Assembly (NCBI GenBank): GCA_024640545.1
Contig: JAHEEU010000267.1
Coordinates: 4,223 to 68,222, forward strand
Length of the DNA stretch: 64,000 nucleotides
Direction of reading: 5' to 3'
DNA from: Geobacteraceae bacterium
GTDB taxonomy: Bacteria; Desulfobacterota; Desulfuromonadia; Desulfuromonadales; BM103
Made by a program: the position numbers and the translations under genes. Every line of letters begins with the position of its first letter. Position 1 is the first letter of the stretch. Shown in pieces: positions 50,086 through 58,878 of this stretch. The notes below the pieces were generated by a model. It searched no databases and was not told where the DNA came from. It saw only the letters and a program-made list of their open reading frames with translations.

Positions 50086-51150
50086 GTGATGATCAACCCG
50101 GACCTCACGATCATAATCCCGACCCTCAACGAGGAGCAGGTCCTGCCGCTGCTGCTGTCTGACCTGGCCCGCCAGCAGGGGGTCACCAGTGAAGTGATCG
50201 TCGTCGATGGCGGCTCGACCGATGCTAGCTGTCAAATCGCCAGCCAGCTGTTCGACTCCTCCCGGCTGACGGGGGCCTGCCGCCCCGGGCCGCGCGGGCG
50301 GGGATGCCAGCTGAATGCCGGCGCGGCTGAGGCCAAGGCCGAGTGGCTGCTCTTCCTGCATGCCGACAGCCGGCTGCATGACGTCAACCTGTTGCAGAGA
50401 GCGCTTGAGTTCATGCGCAGTCACCGGCAGCGCTTGGCTTCCGATGCCCTGGCCGGGCGGTTCGCCCTGCGCTTTGATCGTCCCGAGGGCGGGGTGGGCT
50501 GCGGATTCTATTTTTATGAAGTCAAGGCCGCGCTCGGCCGCGCCGGGTGCATCCACGGCGACCAGGGGCTGCTGCTGTCGAGGTCGTTTTTCCAAAGCAT
50601 CGGACCGTACCGGGAAGACCTGCCGGTTATGGAAGACACGGCTCTGGCGGAGACCATCCGCAAGGCTGGCCACTGGCTGCTGTTGCCCGGAGAGATTGTG
50701 ACCTCCGCGCGTCGGTTCCGGGTCGAGGGCCTCAGGGCCCGCCAGACACTCAACGCATTGATGATGAATTTTTTTGCGATCGGCTGGCTGGAGTTCTTTG
50801 TCCGGGCACCGGGTGTCTATCGCCAGCAGGACCGGACGCAACCGCTCAGGCTGCGACCATTTTACCGCTTGGCCAAAGAGCTTCTCGGAGAATTGCCGCG
50901 GCGCGAGAGATGGTCTGTCTGGTTGGCGACTGGCGAATACGTGCGCAGCCAGGCCTGGCAGATCGGTTTGGCCATGGATTGCCGCAAGGCTTATCGACGT
51001 GGCTGCCGGACAGTCCCTGCACAGCTCTGCTGGCTTAATTTCTTTGACCGCTGGGTCGACCCTTTGACGGACCATGGCTTCGGTCGTGCCGTGACGGCAC
51101 TGCTGGTCAGGGGCTGGTTCTGCTGGCAGCTTCGGCGCAGAGTCGAATAA
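50086..51150 (+). CDS. Family 2 glycosyltransferase-like protein with a C-terminal extension of ~120 aa and unknown function
   Basis: N-terminal IIIPTLNEEQVLPLLLSDL...VIVVDGGSTD...LFLHADS is a GT-A fold. The C-terminal third is Arg/Trp-rich with no match I recognise. Confidence 0.7.
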   Translation: MMINPDLTIIIPTLNEEQVLPLLLSDLARQQGVTSEVIVVDGGSTDASCQIASQLFDSSRLTGACRPGPRGRGCQLNAGAAEAKAEWLLFLHADSRLHDVNLLQRALEFMRSHRQRLASDALAGRFALRFDRPEGGVGCGFYFYEVKAALGRAGCIHGDQGLLLSRSFFQSIGPYREDLPVMEDTALAETIRKAGHWLLLPGEIVTSARRFRVEGLRARQTLNALMMNFFAIGWLEFFVRAPGVYRQQDRTQPLRLRPFYRLAKELLGELPRRERWSVWLATGEYVRSQAWQIGLAMDCRKAYRRGCRTVPAQLCWLNFFDRWVDPLTDHGFGRAVTALLVRGWFCWQLRRRVE

Positions 51151-51174
51151 CCATTTTCCCCCAGGGGCGAAATC

Positions 51175-51570
51175 ATGTTGGACATGGACGCAGGTGGAAC
51201 CGCTGAAATCAACTTTCTGCAGACACTTGGCATCACGATCAAGGAGATCGGCGACCGATACGCCGAGATGGCCGTCACTGTCGACGCACGTCATCTGAAT
51301 TACATGGGGGGTGCCCATGGCGGCCTGATCTCGGCTCTGGTCGACACGGTCTGCTTCTTTCCGCAGCCGCTGCTGCCCTCGGGGCGCAAATTGACGACGG
51401 TTGATCTGAAAGTGAGTTATATCAGGCCTGCCGGTGAAGGGGACCGCCTGGTGGCGCGCTCGGAACTTCTTCACCTGGGGCGTCGCACGGCCAGCCTGAC
51501 GGTGCAGATCCTCGACCAGGAGCGGCGGTTGATCGCTCATGGCAGCGTCACTCTGCTGCTCCTGTCTTGA
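51175..51570 (+). CDS. PaaI-family hotdog-fold thioesterase
   Basis: 131 aa. NYMGGAHGGLISALVDT motif. Confidence 0.8.
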   Translation: MLDMDAGGTAEINFLQTLGITIKEIGDRYAEMAVTVDARHLNYMGGAHGGLISALVDTVCFFPQPLLPSGRKLTTVDLKVSYIRPAGEGDRLVARSELLHLGRRTASLTVQILDQERRLIAHGSVTLLLLS

Positions 51571-51794
51571 ATGTTCAGTCTGGCTGCGCTCGGACATGCG
51601 GGTCGCTGCCAAGCGTTTCAATCGTTCAGGGTGCCAGTCCATTGACCACTCTCCCGCCGTAGCTTTTGACTGAAAACGAGCTACAATATGCTTGACAGGC
51701 TGGTCTGTCGGCTGGTCGATAATCTCTCCCCGGTGTCAGGGGGGCATTATCGGCGGAGGTTTTCCACGTGCAGCTGTCACTTATGGAGAGGCGC

Positions 51795-52526
51795 ATGTTC
51801 AAGACCTGCATAACCATGTCTTCACTGGCACTGCTGGTCCTGTTTATTCCGGCCTGCACGGTGTATGAAAGTCGCGAAGTCCCCTTCCGGCCACCTGCTC
51901 AATATGCCAATCTGCAGACCGTTGCCGGTGTCCAGCTTGCGGCCGAGTCCTTCAATGACAAGAGCCGCGCCAAGGAGGTGTTCGGCTTCGACATCCGCGG
52001 TGCCGGCCTGTTGCCGGTGCAGGTTGCCATCGAAAACAGTGGCGACCGCCGCCTTGAAATGGTCCCCGAACAGACATTTCTGATCGACAGCAGCGGCAAC
52101 TTCTGGAACCTGATGGATCGCCGAACCGCTTACCAGCGGGTGGAAGAAAGCAGTGAGTTCAGTGCAATTGTCAAGGGCGGGTCGCAGAAAGCTTTCTGGG
52201 GCGCCGCCGCCGGTGCTCTGGTCGGCCTGGCGGTTGGCGTTCTCGACGGCGGCAATATCGGCAATGACCTTGGGCGCGGAGCCGTTATAGGCGCTTCCGG
52301 CGGTGCCATCCTGGGCGGCGCACAGGCCGGCACTTCAGGCGACCAGGGGCGGCAAATTGCCCGGGATCTGGCCAACAAGCAGCTCGACAACCGGGCCATC
52401 GAACCGCGCACTCTGGGCCATGGCTTCCTGTTCTTCCCCGGTGAGGCGCCGGATGCGACCAAGCTGCGGCTGCAGCTCCGTGACCTGGAGTCCGGCGAGC
52501 AGTACACGGTTATCCTCCCCCTGTAA
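51795..52526 (+). CDS. Lipoprotein with a glycine-zipper segment, function unknown
   Basis: ATG at 51795. The signal peptide ends in the lipobox-like LFIPAC. Gly-rich block GAAAGALVGLAVGVLDGGNIG..GAVIGASGGAILGGAQAG. Confidence 0.55.
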   Translation: MFKTCITMSSLALLVLFIPACTVYESREVPFRPPAQYANLQTVAGVQLAAESFNDKSRAKEVFGFDIRGAGLLPVQVAIENSGDRRLEMVPEQTFLIDSSGNFWNLMDRRTAYQRVEESSEFSAIVKGGSQKAFWGAAAGALVGLAVGVLDGGNIGNDLGRGAVIGASGGAILGGAQAGTSGDQGRQIARDLANKQLDNRAIEPRTLGHGFLFFPGEAPDATKLRLQLRDLESGEQYTVILPL

Positions 52527-52551
52527 ACGGTCTGACAACTGTCATCCGCTG

Positions 52552-52582
52552 GCGCGGCCCCCCGCCGGGGTCCGCGCTTTTT
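52552..52582 (+). terminator. Rho-independent terminator
   Basis: GCGCGGCCCC-loop-GGGGTCCGCGC followed by TTTTT. Confidence 0.5.
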
Positions 52583-52602
52583 ACTTGTCTGACGAGCCGA
52601 GA

Positions 52603-52626
52603 TGATATATATCAATAAAAATTGAT
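52603..52626. promoter_or_regulatory. Overlapping palindromes TGATATATATCA and ATCAAT-AAAA-ATTGAT upstream of the ArsR-methyltransferase regulator; candidate autoregulatory operator
   Basis: Both strings were checked as self-complementary. They lie 26-49 nt upstream of the ATG at 52652 in a very AT-rich spacer. Confidence 0.35.
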
Positions 52627-52651
52627 TTATAAAAATAAATGATCATGATAT

Positions 52652-53587
52652 ATGCAGAGCCTCTTTAAAGTCCTCGCTGACAGCACCCGCCTGCGCCTCT
52701 TGCGTCTCCTGCGCCAGGGCGATTTTACTGTTCAGGACCTGATGCAGATTCTGAGCATGGGTCAGTCCAGGATTTCCCGTCACCTGAGGCTTCTGAGTGA
52801 GGCGGGACTGCTGAGGGTCGAGAAGCAGGGGACCTGGCACTACTACCGCCTGTCTCCGGGCGAGGGGCTCTTCAGCGACATCTGGCCATTTATCGAGGCG
52901 CACCTCGCCGAACTGGCCTGGCAGGAACAGGACGCCGCCGGCGTCCTGCAGGTCATGGCGGAAAGGCGCCGGCGCAGCCAGGAATTTTTCAACCGCCACG
53001 CCCGCGACTGGGACAACATGCATGTCGAACTTTTGAGCCTGCCCGAATACCGGGATCCTCTGCTCGACCTGCTTCCCGAGGGCGGTCTGCTGGTCGAAAT
53101 CGGCGCCGGAACCGGTCATCTCCTCCCGCTGCTGGCATGCAAAGCCGCGCGTACGGTCGGACTCGACCATTCCCCATCGATGGTGGCCATGGCCAGGGAG
53201 ACCATCATCCAGAACCAACTGGCAGACCAGGTCGAAATCCGCCTGGCCGAGATGAACCACCTGCCATTCGCTGACGGAGCGGTGCGCACGGTTGTCATGA
53301 ACCAGGTGCTGCATCACGCCGAACGGCCTCTCGAGGTTTTCAAAGAGATCCGCCGAGTCCTTGAGCCGCAGGGTGTGCTGGTGCTGGCGGACCTGATCCG
53401 GCATCAGCATGACTGGGTACGGCAACGCCTGGCGGACCAATGGCTCGGCTTCAATCGCAGCGAGCTTGAAAGCTGGCTCGCCGAAAGCGGCATGTTTACA
53501 AGGACCTACCGGCAGTTCGGTAGTCCCGCCACGCAACAGCCGGTGTTTCTGATGAGCGCCGGTGTCGCCATTGACAACAGCAAATAA
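52652..53587 (+). CDS. sahR: ArsR-family HTH fused to a SAM-dependent methyltransferase-like domain (SahR-type regulator candidate)
   Basis: N-terminus LFKVLADSTRLRLLRLLRQGDFTVQDLMQILSMGQSRISRHLRLL (ArsR HTH). C-terminal class I MTase fold (LLVEIGAGTGHL). Located immediately upstream of ahcY. Confidence 0.65.
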   Translation: MQSLFKVLADSTRLRLLRLLRQGDFTVQDLMQILSMGQSRISRHLRLLSEAGLLRVEKQGTWHYYRLSPGEGLFSDIWPFIEAHLAELAWQEQDAAGVLQVMAERRRRSQEFFNRHARDWDNMHVELLSLPEYRDPLLDLLPEGGLLVEIGAGTGHLLPLLACKAARTVGLDHSPSMVAMARETIIQNQLADQVEIRLAEMNHLPFADGAVRTVVMNQVLHHAERPLEVFKEIRRVLEPQGVLVLADLIRHQHDWVRQRLADQWLGFNRSELESWLAESGMFTRTYRQFGSPATQQPVFLMSAGVAIDNSK

Positions 53588-53605
53588 CAACGGAGGACTT
53601 GTCGG

Positions 53606-55063
53606 ATGACAGACAATCGTGATTTCAAGGTCATGGACCTATCGCTGGCCATTTTGGGACGCAAGGAGATGCATCTGGCCGAGGTGGAAATGCCGGGCTT
53701 GATGGCGCTGCGCGAGGAATACCGCAACCAGCAGCCGCTCAAGGGCGCCAGGATCACCGGCTCCCTGCACATGACGATCCAGACCGCGGTGCTCATTGAA
53801 ACCCTGGTCGATCTTGGCGCCCAGGTGCGCTGGGCCTCGTGCAATATCTTCTCGACCCAGGACCAGGCCGCGGCGGCCGTGGCCGTCGGTCGCGACGGGA
53901 GCCCCGATGCTCCCAGGGGGGTGCCCGTCTTTGCCTGGAAGGGGGAGACGCTCGAGGAATACTGGTGGTGTACGGAGAGGGCGCTCACCTGGCCGTCCGG
54001 TCAGCTGCCGAACATGATCCTCGATGACGGCGGCGATGCGACCATGATGGTGCTCTACGGGACCGAGTGGCAGAAGCATGGGGTCCCTGACTGCAGTGCC
54101 GACGATCCGGAAGACTGGATCGAGCTGGTCAAATGCCTGAAAAAGTCTATCTCTGCCAAGGCGGTCGATTGGACCGCCGTCTGCAATTCTATCAAGGGCG
54201 TCACCGAAGAGACCACCACGGGTGTCCATCGTCTTTACCAGCTGCAGAAAGAGGGCAAACTACCGTTCCCGGCGATGAACGTCAACGACTCGGTGACCAA
54301 GAGCAAGTTCGACAATATTTACGGCTGCCGGCACAGCCTGGTCGACGGCATCATGCGGGCGACCGACGTCATGCTCTCCGGCAAGGTTGCCGTGGTCTGC
54401 GGTTATGGGGATGTCGGCAAGGGGTGCTGCCAGTCGCTGCGCGGCCAGGGCGCCCGGGTGATCGTCACGGAGATCGACCCGATCTGTGCTCTGCAGGCCC
54501 TTATGGAAGGCTATGAGGTCAAGACCCTCGAGGAGGTCGTGGCGTCGGCGGACATCTTTATCACCACGACCGGCAACCGGGATGTCATCGGCGTCAGGCA
54601 CATGGCCCGGATGAAACATAACGCCATCGTCGGCAATATAGGTCATTTCGACAACGAGATCGAGATGGCCGCGCTGGCCAAGGTTGCCGGGATCGTCAAG
54701 GTCAACATCAAGAATCCCCGCGAACATGGCAACCAGGTCGATCAGTGGACCTTCCCCGACGGTCACGCGGTGATCGTGCTGGCCGAAGGCCGACTGCTCA
54801 ACCTGGGCTGTGCGACCGGCCACCCTTCCTTCGTCATGTCGAACAGCTTCACCAACCAGGTCATGGCGCAGATCGAGCTCTTTCTACACACGGAAGACTA
54901 CCAGAACAAGGTCTATGTTCTGCCGAAGAGCCTGGATGAAAAGGTGGCGCGCCTGCATCTCGGTAAACTGGGTGCAAAGTTGACCACCCTAACCCAGGAA
55001 CAGGCCGACTACATCGGTGTGCCGGTGGATGGGCCCTACAAGTCTGACTCTTATCGATATTAA
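53606..55063 (+). CDS. ahcY: Adenosylhomocysteinase
   Basis: 485 aa. Conserved [20 protein letters not shown] motif, C-terminal YRY. Confidence 0.98.
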   Translation: MTDNRDFKVMDLSLAILGRKEMHLAEVEMPGLMALREEYRNQQPLKGARITGSLHMTIQTAVLIETLVDLGAQVRWASCNIFSTQDQAAAAVAVGRDGSPDAPRGVPVFAWKGETLEEYWWCTERALTWPSGQLPNMILDDGGDATMMVLYGTEWQKHGVPDCSADDPEDWIELVKCLKKSISAKAVDWTAVCNSIKGVTEETTTGVHRLYQLQKEGKLPFPAMNVNDSVTKSKFDNIYGCRHSLVDGIMRATDVMLSGKVAVVCGYGDVGKGCCQSLRGQGARVIVTEIDPICALQALMEGYEVKTLEEVVASADIFITTTGNRDVIGVRHMARMKHNAIVGNIGHFDNEIEMAALAKVAGIVKVNIKNPREHGNQVDQWTFPDGHAVIVLAEGRLLNLGCATGHPSFVMSNSFTNQVMAQIELFLHTEDYQNKVYVLPKSLDEKVARLHLGKLGAKLTTLTQEQADYIGVPVDGPYKSDSYRY

Positions 55064-55105
55064 CCGGGCCTTTAACCCAAACAAAGGCACAACAAAACTC
55101 AAGCC

Positions 55106-55224
55106 ATTGACTAACGCAAAGACGCGGAGATGCAGAGAGCAATGCCAGGATCAGGGTAGTTTCTAAAGATTTATGAACTGCCCCTCCGCGCCTTTGCGCC
55201 TTTCGCGTTAAACCTTTTTTTCGG
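55106..55224 (-). repeat. Palindromic intergenic repeat, copy C (subfamily 2, inverted relative to copy D)
   Basis: ATTGACTAACGCAAAGACGCGGAG...GCAATGCCAGG...ATTTATGAACTGCCCC...CGCGTTAAACCTTTTTTT. The reverse complement aligns with 32880-32997. Confidence 0.75.
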
Positions 55225-55268
55225 TTGCTGAACCGATATCAATTCATAGTCGTCATGGTAACGGGGAT

Positions 55269-55299
55269 CAAAGGGGGCCGCTTATGCCGGCCCCCTTTG
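55269..55299. terminator. Bidirectional hairpin between convergent ahcY and lptG
   Basis: Perfect 12-bp stem CAAAGGGGGCCG / CGGCCCCCTTTG with a 7-nt loop. Confidence 0.6.
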
Positions 55300-55320
55300 A
55301 ATGATGTACGGGTTCATTCC

Positions 55321-55497
55321 CCGCAGCGCGCTGTGCCAAGTATTGACTGCCGCTGATTTCTCGCCTTATTGAGTGAATTCCCGCACCCAGAATCCATAAC
55401 AAGTCCCTGCAATCAAGTGGGGCCGCGAGTTTTTCTGTGTTCTGGATGCTGAATTCTGGATACCGTGCGGCAAGCCGCAGGGCAGTTCATTTTATCA
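55321..55497 (+). repeat. Intergenic repeat module E1 (paralogous to 61438-61607)
   Basis: Colinear identical blocks CCGCAGCG, TGCCAAGT, AACAAGT, GCGAGTTTTTCTGTG (15/15), GGAT.CTGAA, AGTTCATT, with similar spacing in both copies. Confidence 0.55.
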
Positions 55498-55501
55498 ACG
55501 G

Positions 55502-56587
55502 TCAATTGTCGACGCGCAACAGGAACCAGGTGCCGATCAGGGTCATGAGGATGTTCGCCGCCCAGGCGGCGAGCAGTGGCGGCAGGACGGCTATGGTGCC
55601 GAAAACGGCGAAGATGGCATACAGGAAGAAGTAGACGGCAAAGATGACCAGGCTGATGACAATCCCGCCCGCGAAACCGGCGTTGCGGCCGCGCTGCAGA
55701 GCAAAGGGGATGCCGACCAGGACCATGATGATCGGGATGACTGCCGCTGAGAAGCGCGTCTGTACTTCCATCCGATAGGCCTTCGGGTCATAACCTTCGC
55801 TGCTCAGCTTGGCCGTGAAAGCGAGCAATTCGTCGATCGTCAGGTCTTCCGGCCGGTCCCAGAGCTGCAGCATTTCGGCAGGCTTGCGTTCGAGGTCGAC
55901 AATCAGCTCCGGGTGCCGGGCATAGGCCTCGATATCCCTGGTTTGCGGGTGGAAGTCCCAGGTGACTGCATTCTCCAGGCGCCACTGGCCGTTTCGCACG
56001 TGCAGGGCCTTTTCGGCGTCAATGCGTTTGAGCGGTATGAATTGCTCGTTGAATTCTACAATCGTCAGGTCGAGCGCCACGCCCTTGGCCGGGTACGACT
56101 GCCCGATACTTATGATTCGCTGGCCGTCGCGGAAATAGAGGTCGTGAACCTCCTCCACCTGCGGAACGCTCCCACGGGATTCGGTGCGCAGAATGTAATT
56201 CGACTCGCGGGAAGACCAGGGAACCAGCCACAGGTTCGCCGCCAGGGCCAGCAGTGCCAGCAGCAGGCTGCACATGAAGAGAGGCCTGCTGACGCGGCTC
56301 AGGGCGATGCCGCCGCTGAACATGGCGGCAAGCTGACTGGTACGGGAAAATCCGCCGATGGTTGCGAAAGTGGCGAGCAGTACGGCCATCGATAAGGTGT
56401 TCGAGAGGATGACCGGCAGTTTGTAGAGCGGGTATAGCAGGTAATATTTCAGTGCGGCCTGGTGTTCAATCAGGTCGTCGACTCTCTCGACGAACTCGAT
56501 AAGCCCGTAAAGTGCGACCAGGGTCAGCAGCACGAGGACCAGGTTCCTGGTAAAAACCTTCAGAACGTATCGGTCAAGAGTCGTCAC
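55502..56587 (-). CDS. lptG: LPS export ABC transporter permease LptG
   Basis: 361 aa. MTTLDRYVLKVFTRNLVLVL is a typical YjgP/YjgQ N-terminus. Lies downstream of lptF. Confidence 0.88.
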   Translation of the reverse strand: MTTLDRYVLKVFTRNLVLVLLTLVALYGLIEFVERVDDLIEHQAALKYYLLYPLYKLPVILSNTLSMAVLLATFATIGGFSRTSQLAAMFSGGIALSRVSRPLFMCSLLLALLALAANLWLVPWSSRESNYILRTESRGSVPQVEEVHDLYFRDGQRIISIGQSYPAKGVALDLTIVEFNEQFIPLKRIDAEKALHVRNGQWRLENAVTWDFHPQTRDIEAYARHPELIVDLERKPAEMLQLWDRPEDLTIDELLAFTAKLSSEGYDPKAYRMEVQTRFSAAVIPIIMVLVGIPFALQRGRNAGFAGGIVISLVIFAVYFFLYAIFAVFGTIAVLPPLLAAWAANILMTLIGTWFLLRVDN

Positions 56588-57752
56588 GCTTGCGGGTCCG
56601 TTTCTGCAGGGAGTGGAGGGTCTGGTCCAGCCAGCCGAGCAACCGGTTCGGTTTTTCCAGCGACGCCTGGCGAAGCAACACGATGCCGACGCCTGCCAGC
56701 AACAGCTGCGGCAGCCAGTAGGCCAGCCAGGGAGGGACCGCGGCGTCCTTGGTCAGGGTGAATGCCGTCGATGTGATGAAATAGTAGGCGATAAAAATCA
56801 GCAGGCCCATGACGAAGCCGCCGCTACGGCCAGTTCGTTGCGACTGCAGACTGAATGGCAGGCCGAACAGGGCGAACAGCAGCGGGGCCAGCGGAGCAAT
56901 CATCCTCGCGTGAAGCTCGGCACGCATATTCTGGATTTCCAGCGGGTCTCGAGCACTGTCGATGCTACGCCAGAGCTTGCCGGTGGCCATCTCCTTTGGC
57001 CTCAGGGAACGGCTGGCCGTGTTGTCCATCGTCGGGATCTCAGGCCGAACATCGTAGTTGCGAAAATGGATCAGCTGGAAATTGTCTGCAGAGTCGGTCT
57101 GCTGGCGTTGAATGACGCCATCGTGCAGCCGTATCGTCATGGTCTGCGAGTCGGCATCCGTGAGAATATTGCCGCTGTCAGCGAAGACCCAGGCGGTTGA
57201 GTCGGGCTTTTTTTCGACAATCAGGAGCCCTTGCAGCTGATTGCTGCGGGGGTCGACCTCATTTGCGTAGATGACCAGGTTGTTGAAATGATCCATGAAC
57301 ACGCGCGGCTGCAGGCCGATGGTTGCTTTCTGACGGGCAATTTCAAAGCTCTTGGCTGCGAAGGCTTTGAATCCCACGGGTTTGGCCCAGATGTCGGTTG
57401 CGCCGGTCAAAAGTCCGAAGCTGACGGCCAGGATGAAGACTGGTACCGCCATCCTTGCCAGGCCGACCCCCGCCGATTTGAGCGCCAGAGTCTCACCGTC
57501 GGCCGATAAGCGGCCGAAACCGATCATGATGCCCATCAGGAATGCAAGGGGCAGCGATATCGAAAAAACGGTCGGCAGCAGGGTTGCCAGCAGCACCAGG
57601 ATGTCGGCTGGAGAGACGCCCTTGTTGATCATCAGGTCGGCCAGCTTGTAAGCCCGCCCCATCACCATCACCAGGGTAAATATGGCGATGCAGAGCAGGG
57701 TGGGTGAGAGGACTTCCCGGATGAGGTAGCGATGGATTTGCGAGGTGGACAT
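56574..57752 (-). CDS. lptF: LPS export ABC transporter permease LptF
   Basis: YjgP/YjgQ family. I prefer the MSTSQIHRYLIREVL start (57752) over the track start at 57779. Confidence 0.85.
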   Translation of the reverse strand: MSTSQIHRYLIREVLSPTLLCIAIFTLVMVMGRAYKLADLMINKGVSPADILVLLATLLPTVFSISLPLAFLMGIMIGFGRLSADGETLALKSAGVGLARMAVPVFILAVSFGLLTGATDIWAKPVGFKAFAAKSFEIARQKATIGLQPRVFMDHFNNLVIYANEVDPRSNQLQGLLIVEKKPDSTAWVFADSGNILTDADSQTMTIRLHDGVIQRQQTDSADNFQLIHFRNYDVRPEIPTMDNTASRSLRPKEMATGKLWRSIDSARDPLEIQNMRAELHARMIAPLAPLLFALFGLPFSLQSQRTGRSGGFVMGLLIFIAYYFITSTAFTLTKDAAVPPWLAYWLPQLLLAGVGIVLLRQASLEKPNRLLGWLDQTLHSLQKRTRKRDDS

Positions 57753-57958
57753 AGTCACGCATACTAGTACAGGCGCCAAGGGATTGTAAACGTTGTTGAT
57801 TCTGAAAAAGCCCTTGCCTTATACATACTCACGTGTTATACGAATGTGCTGTTCAATTCACACGCCTTCTGACCCGGACCGGGTGCCTGACATGGTGTCA
57901 GGTCGGTTGCAGGGGTTGATGGGGGCGGCGGCAAAACCTAATGAAAAAGGAGTTTTAA

Positions 57959-58774
57959 ATGTCACAGATCACCATGAAGCAGCTTTTGGAGGCCGGTGTT
58001 CACTTCGGCCACCAGACCCGTCGCTGGAACCCCAAGATGAAGCCTTATATCTTCGGGGCGCGCAACGGTATCTACATTATCGACCTGCAGAAAACCGTGC
58101 GTTATTTCAGAAACGCCTACAGCTTTATCAGCGATGTCGCTCAGCGGGGTGAAAAGATCCTGTTCGTCGGGACCAAGAAACAGGCTCAGGATTCCATCAT
58201 GGAAGAAGCGCTCCGTGCCGACCAGTATTACGTCAACAACCGCTGGCTGGGCGGCATGCTGACCAACTTCTCGACCATCAAGCGGAGCATCGACCGCCTC
58301 AAGAAGATCGAGGTCATGGCAGAAGACGGTACTTATGATCTGCTCCTCAAGAAAGAAGTCCTGCAGCTTGACCGGGAAAAAGCCAAGCTGGAGAAGAGCC
58401 TCGGCGGCATCAAGAACATGACCCGTCTGCCGGCGGCCGTTTTCATCGTCGACCCCAACAAGGAAGAGATCGCCGTCAAGGAAGCCCGCAAGCTCGGCAT
58501 CCCGGTGGTGGCCGTTGTCGATACCAACTGCGACCCCGACGGCATCGACTTCATCATCCCCGGCAACGACGACGCGATCCGCGCCATTCGCCTGTTTGCG
58601 TCGAAGATGGCGGAAGCCTGCATGGAAGGTGCCGCTGCTCGCCAGGACAACCTGCGCAACGAGGCCGAAGGGGCCGATGTCGAAGAACCGGTTGTCGAGG
58701 CCGCCCCGGAGACGATCGTCATCGAAAAGACTGCCGATGCAGCCGTAGAGACGGATACCCCGGCCGAAGCTTAA
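57959..58774 (+). CDS. rpsB: 30S ribosomal protein S2
   Basis: [22 protein letters not shown] and an acidic C-terminal tail. Confidence 0.98.
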   Translation: MSQITMKQLLEAGVHFGHQTRRWNPKMKPYIFGARNGIYIIDLQKTVRYFRNAYSFISDVAQRGEKILFVGTKKQAQDSIMEEALRADQYYVNNRWLGGMLTNFSTIKRSIDRLKKIEVMAEDGTYDLLLKKEVLQLDREKAKLEKSLGGIKNMTRLPAAVFIVDPNKEEIAVKEARKLGIPVVAVVDTNCDPDGIDFIIPGNDDAIRAIRLFASKMAEACMEGAAARQDNLRNEAEGADVEEPVVEAAPETIVIEKTADAAVETDTPAEA

Positions 58775-58800
58775 CTCATCGATACCCAACAACAAGATAA

Positions 58801-58828
58801 AGGCGGTCTGCATTGCAGCCGCCTTTTT
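58801..58828 (+). terminator. Partial terminator/attenuator hairpin between rpsB and tsf
   Basis: AGGCGGTCTG-loop-CAGCCGCCT followed by TTTTT. Confidence 0.5.
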
Positions 58829-58878
58829 ATCAGACAACTCATAACTCAATACGGATAGATGTTAGAGGAGGTTTTATC

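Noticed and set aside
49924-51642. 572-aa ORF on the - strand spanning the 3' end of metK, the GT2-like gene and the thioesterase gene
   Set aside because: It crosses three well-supported + strand genes and their intergenic gaps. The translation is Arg/Pro/Gln-rich with no domain pattern, so it is a shadow ORF of high-GC DNA. The same reasoning applies to 30847-32313, 36260-37324, 58846-59856, 47660-48592, 52643-53590 and 20415-21254.
55421-55490. GGGGCC...GCTGAAT...TCTGGATACCGTGC loosely resembles the TPP riboswitch core (GCUGAGA ... CUGAUCUGGAUAAUGCCAGC)
   Set aside because: The ACCC/GAACC junction elements are missing and the spacing is wrong. The location is a 3' convergent spacer with no thiamine-related gene. 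The paralogue at 61532-61600 does not preserve the TPP-like bases.
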